Origin: Spirochaetia bacterium
GTDB lineage: Bacteria; Spirochaetota; Spirochaetia; WTKD01; G963693115
Assembly (NCBI GenBank): GCA_965226055.1
Contig: CBDDCA010000005.1
Location: 224,001-288,000, forward strand
DNA: 64,000 nucleotides
Direction: 5' to 3'
Shown: one piece after another, positions 57,901-64,000 of the stretch
Layout: each line of letters opens with the position of its first letter
Numbering within the stretch: the stretch's first letter is position 1
Translations under genes and position numbers: made by a program
Notes under the pieces: model-generated
Databases searched by the model: none
What the model saw: the letters and a program-made list of their open reading frames with translations, nothing else
Told to the model about the DNA's origin: nothing

Positions 57901-59731
57901 CTAAGCTAGGCTTGCTTTGAAAGAGATCCTCTGAGGGAGCTGTGAGTGAGTTGGGGGTTGTTATGTCTTTTGTTGCTTGGCTACTTTTGTTTTCTGAGTA
58001 ATCAAGCGTGAGTATTGTTATAGTATATGTTTTGCCTTGCACAAGTTCTTCGACAGAGAGTGATGTTGTGGGATAGGGTATTTTCTTCTCGCTCAGTACT
58101 GTGGTGCTTGTGCCTTTTTCTGCTATGCTTATGCTGTATTCTTTTATGTCTTTGTTATTGGCTTTTGTTGTATCGGGTGCTGTCCATGTTATCTGTGTGC
58201 CTATCTTTGCTGCTGATACAAAGGGATAGCTTGCTTGTATGTTTGTTACTGCATCGGGGGCGGTGCTATCTGCTTCTGTGCTGACTGTGACTGTTGCTTC
58301 TGTTCCTTTGTTGCCTGCACTGTCCATTGATACGACTGCCACTGTATACTCGGTGGTTGCTTTGAGATCTGTTATCTGCGTGTTGCGTACTGTTCTCTCT
58401 GTTATTGTCACTGTCTTTGCCACGGTACTGCTGTCCTTTTCTGTTGCTGTTATAGTCACTCCTGCATAGTCTCGTACATCGGGGGCTTGCCAGCCTACTA
58501 CTATGCTTGTTGCTCCTCCTATGGCACTTACATTACTTACAGGTTCTGTGCTTTTGTCTGTTGTTGCTTGTTCTTTTGATACTGCAGTGGAGTACTTTCC
58601 GTTTTGAGAAACATATACTTCTACTTTGTACGTAAGCGTGCCATAGAGTTTTGTGAGTGCTATGCCATCTTTTGCTACATACACAGTTGCATATTCTTGG
58701 TTGTCTGCACTTGCTCCGCTGACATTGGTTGCACTTGTATCTTTATCTATTGTCTCTTCTGCTACTACTGTGTTTGTTGCGGTTGCTATCACTCGTACTT
58801 GGAGGCTTTTTTCTGTACTTCCTGTTCCAAAGTCAAAACTCCCCCACTTGATAAGCAGGCTTTCATCGGCTGGACTATTGCTTTTATCGTTTGCTGTTAC
58901 TGTAAGGTCTGATGCGGAAAGTGGCGTTACTGTTTGCGAGAGTGCTGATGGCACTATGCCTCTGAGTGCTTGCTTCGCTGTACTTTTGTTACCGTTGCTA
59001 TCTTTGTACACTACCACTATATCATAGCTAATGCCGTCTATAGTGGGGACAGCAATGCTTACCTCTCCTTGTGTTACATCTTGTACGGATACTTCTATCT
59101 TTACATTAGTAGTTCTTTCTATCACCTGTATTGTGGCTTCGGCTATGTCTGTCTTGCCTGACGAGAGCAGTGCTTTGTCCCATGTTATCTTTATGCCATT
59201 TGTTGCTGATTCTACTGCTACCTGTGTAAAGGTGTCCTGCGGTGCAGTTTCATCGCTAAGTGTTGTCACAGAACGGGTTGTTTTTGGTGATACTTCTGTG
59301 TCTGAGCCTGAGTCTGATTTTTGGGCTTCTATCTCTACAGTATAATCGGTAGTAGCGTGCAAGCCTCTGAGGGTGTAGGGTCTGTTTTGTTGAAACAATG
59401 CACGATATTCTATTGCAGGAACACGCACCTGTATTGATTGGGCTGGTGTTGTTGATGTAGCTTTTACGACTACATGCGTGGCTTCGCTGGGAGCTTGCCA
59501 GCGTAACGAGAGTGTCCCATCATTGCCTGCTGCTTGTATCCGCACATTGGACACTGATGCGAGTGTCGGGGTTACTGAATTTCCCCCTCCGCCTGAAGAA
59601 CTGCTGCTACTCTCTGCACATCCTACGAGTACGAGGGTAGTTATTGCTAGCACTAAAAATAGTACTACAACTATAAATATGTTCAGCTTACCATTTAGCT
59701 GATAGTTTAGTTTTTTCATTACTTTTTTCAT
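54935..59731 (-). CDS. Large surface lipoprotein L3 (paralogue of L1/L2, 6 DUF285 repeats)
   Basis: Lipobox LVGC, stalk highly similar to L1/L2, divergent repeat tip. Confidence 0.88.
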   Translation of the reverse strand: MKKVMKKLNYQLNGKLNIFIVVVLFLVLAITTLVLVGCAESSSSSSGGGGNSVTPTLASVSNVRIQAAGNDGTLSLRWQAPSEATHVVVKATSTTPAQSIQVRVPAIEYRALFQQNRPYTLRGLHATTDYTVEIEAQKSDSGSDTEVSPKTTRSVTTLSDETAPQDTFTQVAVESATNGIKITWDKALLSSGKTDIAEATIQVIERTTNVKIEVSVQDVTQGEVSIAVPTIDGISYDIVVVYKDSNGNKSTAKQALRGIVPSALSQTVTPLSASDLTVTANDKSNSPADESLLIKWGSFDFGTGSTEKSLQVRVIATATNTVVAEETIDKDTSATNVSGASADNQEYATVYVAKDGIALTKLYGTLTYKVEVYVSQNGKYSTAVSKEQATTDKSTEPVSNVSAIGGATSIVVGWQAPDVRDYAGVTITATEKDSSTVAKTVTITERTVRNTQITDLKATTEYTVAVVSMDSAGNKGTEATVTVSTEADSTAPDAVTNIQASYPFVSAAKIGTQITWTAPDTTKANNKDIKEYSISIAEKGTSTTVLSEKKIPYPTTSLSVEELVQGKTYTITILTLDYSENKSSQATKDITTPNSLTAPSEDLFQSKPSLDTTGAIQIKATFKQAPGIGSYYTLRMYDGATLVAEKSITASVTVITFGIADGLEVPKVQANAKNYRFTFLTIANNIVSPVTTLADTVAVYDSTSTAPPAPKDAKLSVESVTQTTATAVYTFSAGDITDTNKAPSGSKLTQAQIQYKVYIAEGDHSTKTLEAIKGLAGVQTQNIAGDSTLQVRFIGTKGADYTAGVEAINSLNPSYSIGTSATIKKATLTAPPSTPKVTTYTNSNAVVFAVPTTGSNSGKKVITVQVNASAIAGVSKANGNALEATDLAYYVLYLKKEDTTGKPASVSALWATEKTSTRVAKYTKATGTTQDTISIAIVDSTSGSNAGATPIETAKDYYIGVRIVNTTSPNYDASNSDKLFPAGFYTDVTEIKEIYTSRAVAPSQSLLTGKLVVSPSTNTAGTIKLVLTELSTFTGAKDYDGTNITASNQLVYTVYGLQKATTPTVAEVLAGRKVNLGSASSGVYTVPALASLGLSSDTAPVVAIKGATKYYFVVEVAVKTDTSKKVASSVASVTTASQATAPAEVSSIQTRVAQTGMRVSWTAPSLSASHKTNKGATLTTAQVSYKVYSIAKSGDTTRSVAQIKANANTATKNIAAGTTNTTLTNLTNGTTYEIVVQAVNSTDDTKASVGERHEFEARGISIGNTSIVSATVGTALASNTTRVLTSNSAFTCDANILEADAEKIKKETGLAVSFDQSSKTVTITGIANKSNIRDTAITEYSYDVAQCTLTASKKKVPATIVIRTDIRTAPSGKAEAYYRPTTKKALQTIISEEKTRQGSGGNNNPSPNLNMIDTSAITDMESLFDSDSTFNGDITRWNMSNVESMDSMFRKASVFNQDIGDWDVGKVTDMSNVFVLTNAFNQDIGDWNVSAVTEMGFMFFHAKAFNQDIKEWDVSNLTYMTSMFSGASAFNQDIGKWNVTSVSIAQSVFEDALKFDQDLSSWNLCSLRSGKLSSTMFTGSAMQGDGHKYPRVGGSCPS

Positions 59732-59785
59732 AATGTTCTCCTTGTTGGTATCTCTATTGTGTAATTATCATTACATCTAAGCATC

Positions 59786-59917
59786 ATTATAGTACAAATA
59801 CTATTTTTTGTGTTATCTCTATAAATAAAAAAAAAAAAAAAAATGGGATGTAAATACAAAAAAATATACATACACTATAGTAATATATACTAATAATGCT
59901 ACAATAGAGATACTATG
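59786..59917. promoter_or_regulatory. L3 promoter cassette with an A17 tract (59827-59843), shared with the divergent gene
   Basis: TATAAT (minus strand, 59786-59791), identical 21-mer at 59796-59816, A17, TGCTACAAT extended -10 on the plus strand. Confidence 0.65.
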
Positions 59918-60703
59918 TTATCAAGACAACTTACATTACATATTGGCATTGCTTCTATACTTTTCTTGTTTTCTCCTAGCATATACGCTACAAACTCTAT
60001 AGAATATGAAACTCTATTGTATGGTTCTCCCAATATTGAATTGAGCGAATTTATACTCGTGCTTAACAATAATTTAGAACTTTCTCTCTTAAAAATAGAA
60101 CAAGCCATGCAACAAGTTTTAGAAAGTACAGAATCAAAGCTCATAAAAGATATACGAAAGACACACCTATATTTTCTTACTGCTTTCTCATATACATATC
60201 ATGAGCCGTCAGCAAAACAGAAAAAATCTAAAAGTGAACTTGCTTTTACCGCTATAGATACCACCATTACTTTAGGAGAAAATATTATAGCACAGCTCCC
60301 CACCTATTCGGATATGTATAGAATTGTCTCTACTTGTATGATGCTAAGTGCAAAACACGGACTCATGGGCATTTCTAAATTTTTACTCTATCAGCAAAAA
60401 GCTATAGAATATATACAAAAAGCCATAGAATTAAATCCCAATAACCCAATGGCTCGTGTTACCCTCAGCAACTTTGATACACTTGGAAATTTTATCGTAG
60501 GAGCAAACAAAAAAAGAGGACAAACACTCATTTTTGTTCCTATACAAGAGTCGTGGCCAAAAGTATTTACCTTTGAATTTCTTAATTCTCAGGCAATCGT
60601 ATATAAGAAAACAAAAAATACAAGTAAGTATCAAGAGACAATCCAAGTAATGAAAACACTGTACCTAAAATCATACCGATATACTCAGTTAGAAAATTAC
60701 TAG
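59915..60703 (+). CDS. Secreted TPR-like hypothetical protein
   Basis: Signal peptide, AIEYIQKAIELNPNNPMA TPR-like motif. Confidence 0.7.
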   Translation: MLSRQLTLHIGIASILFLFSPSIYATNSIEYETLLYGSPNIELSEFILVLNNNLELSLLKIEQAMQQVLESTESKLIKDIRKTHLYFLTAFSYTYHEPSAKQKKSKSELAFTAIDTTITLGENIIAQLPTYSDMYRIVSTCMMLSAKHGLMGISKFLLYQQKAIEYIQKAIELNPNNPMARVTLSNFDTLGNFIVGANKKRGQTLIFVPIQESWPKVFTFEFLNSQAIVYKKTKNTSKYQETIQVMKTLYLKSYRYTQLENY

Positions 60704-60949
60704 GCAGAACAGTACTAATACATTTGCCTATACAATATCAATACAAATATTAGGATAAGAATATCAAAATAAGATACGAGACAGGAAGTAAAATTAAACG
60801 TCAGTAGTTTTTTCTGACTGTATAACAGTCAAGTTGTCATTACTATAAAAATAGTAATGTAAGCTAGTACTATAATCTTTCTGTTCTTAAAAAAGTAATC
60901 TTTAAAAAGATACATTTAAAATCAGTACTGCTTTGCCTTTCTCTCTGAG

Positions 60950-62498
<1,549 letters not shown>

Positions 62499-62667
62499 AA
62501 TATAACTCTGCCGAAGCAGAGTCTAATAAACATTGAAAATTAGATCTTGACGTTTTGGGAATTACTACTTACTCTTCAAATAATTGACAAGTTTCCATGT
62601 AGTAACTACAATTTTACTTCCATCTCTTATCTTATTAAGAAACACAGTTGATAACTATGTAATAATT

Positions 62668-62697
62668 ATTCTACCAGAAATATAGAAAACATGTCAA
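62668..62697 (-). promoter_or_regulatory. Sigma70 promoter of the 16S gene
   Basis: TTGACA-18 nt-TAGAAT with extended TG. Confidence 0.7.
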
Positions 62698-63023
62698 TAG
62701 CTTTTTACACTTAATTTAAAATTTAAGAAAATAACTGCAAAAAATGTAAATTGCTTCACTATAATAATCATATATCATCTACACATAGCCATAAAAATAG
62801 GTAATTTTGTAATCTCACTGTTTTATATACAGAGGATATATCATAAAAAAATCATACTATATATATCATTATTCATATCTGTAAAAGGCTATTATCCAAA
62901 AAATATACATAATAGTCAAATAATATGTATTTTCTTATCTATTTTATTATAAATTTTTATTTAATAAGGCGTAAAAAATTGAAATATTTTCTGTTATTTA
63001 GTATAATAGATAAAGAGGTGCCT

Positions 63024-64000
63024 ATGAGTAATTCATTAAAAAAATTAACGGAACATATATATCAGGAACAATGGACACGAGCAACATTTGACTCTTTTTC
63101 CATTCATAATTTTGAATCTATCAATCCCCTTCTCAATGATTTATCAACAGAAGACAAAGATAAGGCGCTTGAATTTTGTAATGAACAATTAGAGAAAAAT
63201 AAAAAAAGTGTATATGCTCTTTATATTGCAGGTATGATTGAACTCCAGATAGAATCAATCAATGATACACATATTATTCAGCTCATCCATATTTTTTCTG
63301 AAGAAAGTAAATGGAATGTAGTAGAATATCTTTGTCAAAAAATTCTTGAAATTCATGTCAACCTTAGTGCTTTACGTGCTTTGGATAGAGTATATCAGGA
63401 GACAGAACAATCTCAAAAACAAGTTGAAGTGTGGGGAAAAATAGTACAAGAGGATTTTGAGGAGATTGAGATTTTACATAGTCTTGCCTTATACAAAATT
63501 GCTCAAAATAATTTTACAGAAGCAAAAACAGATTTACAAAAAGCACTTAATCGTTGTCTTCATCATCATCAGAAAAACGATAGCGAAATTAAGAAACTAT
63601 GGAATCTGCTGTTAGATATTGAAATTAAAAACAATATTGAAAATATAACCTTTTTCCTCAATTACTGTGCTAACACAGAAACAACATCAGGTGAAGAAAA
63701 AGCGGAAGAATTATATGCTGCTATCTTAAATAAACTTCCTCTTGATTATAGTAGTGACACTCGTATTGCTATTCTTAAAAACTTACTTCGACTGAACAAT
63801 GAGGATTTTGGGTATAGAGAACAACTTGTAGAAGCGTATCGAACAAAATATAAAGATCATGATAAACTTGAAGATTTTATACGCATGACCAATCTTACTC
63901 AACAGTGGCGTAATGTTCAAGAAGCAATTAATGATTTTGAAAAGCATGTATCGTTCTTTCCAGGGAGCTTCGTATATCATAATAAATGGGGTATAGGAAG
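63024..64000 (+). CDS. greA: Spirochaete-type long transcription elongation factor GreA, N-terminal part (3'-truncated by window)
   Basis: GAGGTG RBS. MSNSLKKLTEHIYQEQWTRATF...HVSFFPGSFVYHNKWGIG resembles the extended N-terminus of Treponema/Borrelia GreA. The GreA domain itself lies outside the window. Confidence 0.7.
   Translation, partial: MSNSLKKLTEHIYQEQWTRATFDSFSIHNFESINPLLNDLSTEDKDKALEFCNEQLEKNKKSVYALYIAGMIELQIESINDTHIIQLIHIFSEESKWNVVEYLCQKILEIHVNLSALRALDRVYQETEQSQKQVEVWGKIVQEDFEEIEILHSLALYKIAQNNFTEAKTDLQKALNRCLHHHQKNDSEIKKLWNLLLDIEIKNNIENITFFLNYCANTETTSGEEKAEELYAAILNKLPLDYSSDTRIAILKNLLRLNNEDFGYREQLVEAYRTKYKDHDKLEDFIRMTNLTQQWRNVQEAINDFEKHVSFFPGSFVYHNKWGIG

Overview
AT-rich bacterial chromosome segment, most likely from a divergent spirochaete. 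The evidence is a 16S rRNA gene with the spirochaete-type TTAAGCATGCAAGTC motif, the long spirochaete-type GreA N-terminus, and a secA with a divergent lipoprotein gene. The housekeeping backbone comprises plsC-like, a heterodimeric ABC exporter, glnS, nagAB, nnr, secA, map, aroH, der, ptsI, tlyA, rny, an unlinked 16S and greA. It is interrupted by a polyol ABC/catabolic operon, an ECF sigma cassette, a small island with an orphan Pycsar-effector-like gene, and six modular surface lipoprotein genes (about 23 kb). The most notable feature is a candidate surface-variation system. Three ~1,600-aa paralogues share a near-constant, mosaic FN3/Ig stalk but carry divergent DUF285 (BspA-like LRR) tips. 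Each is preceded by the same promoter cassette, with a 16-, 17- or 18-nt poly(A/T) tract flanked by inverted half-sites, and each is followed by a related hairpin. A degenerate ~15-60 bp dispersed element marks several junctions. No recombinase, transposase or reverse transcriptase is visible in the window. All family assignments come from motif recognition by eye, not from database searches.
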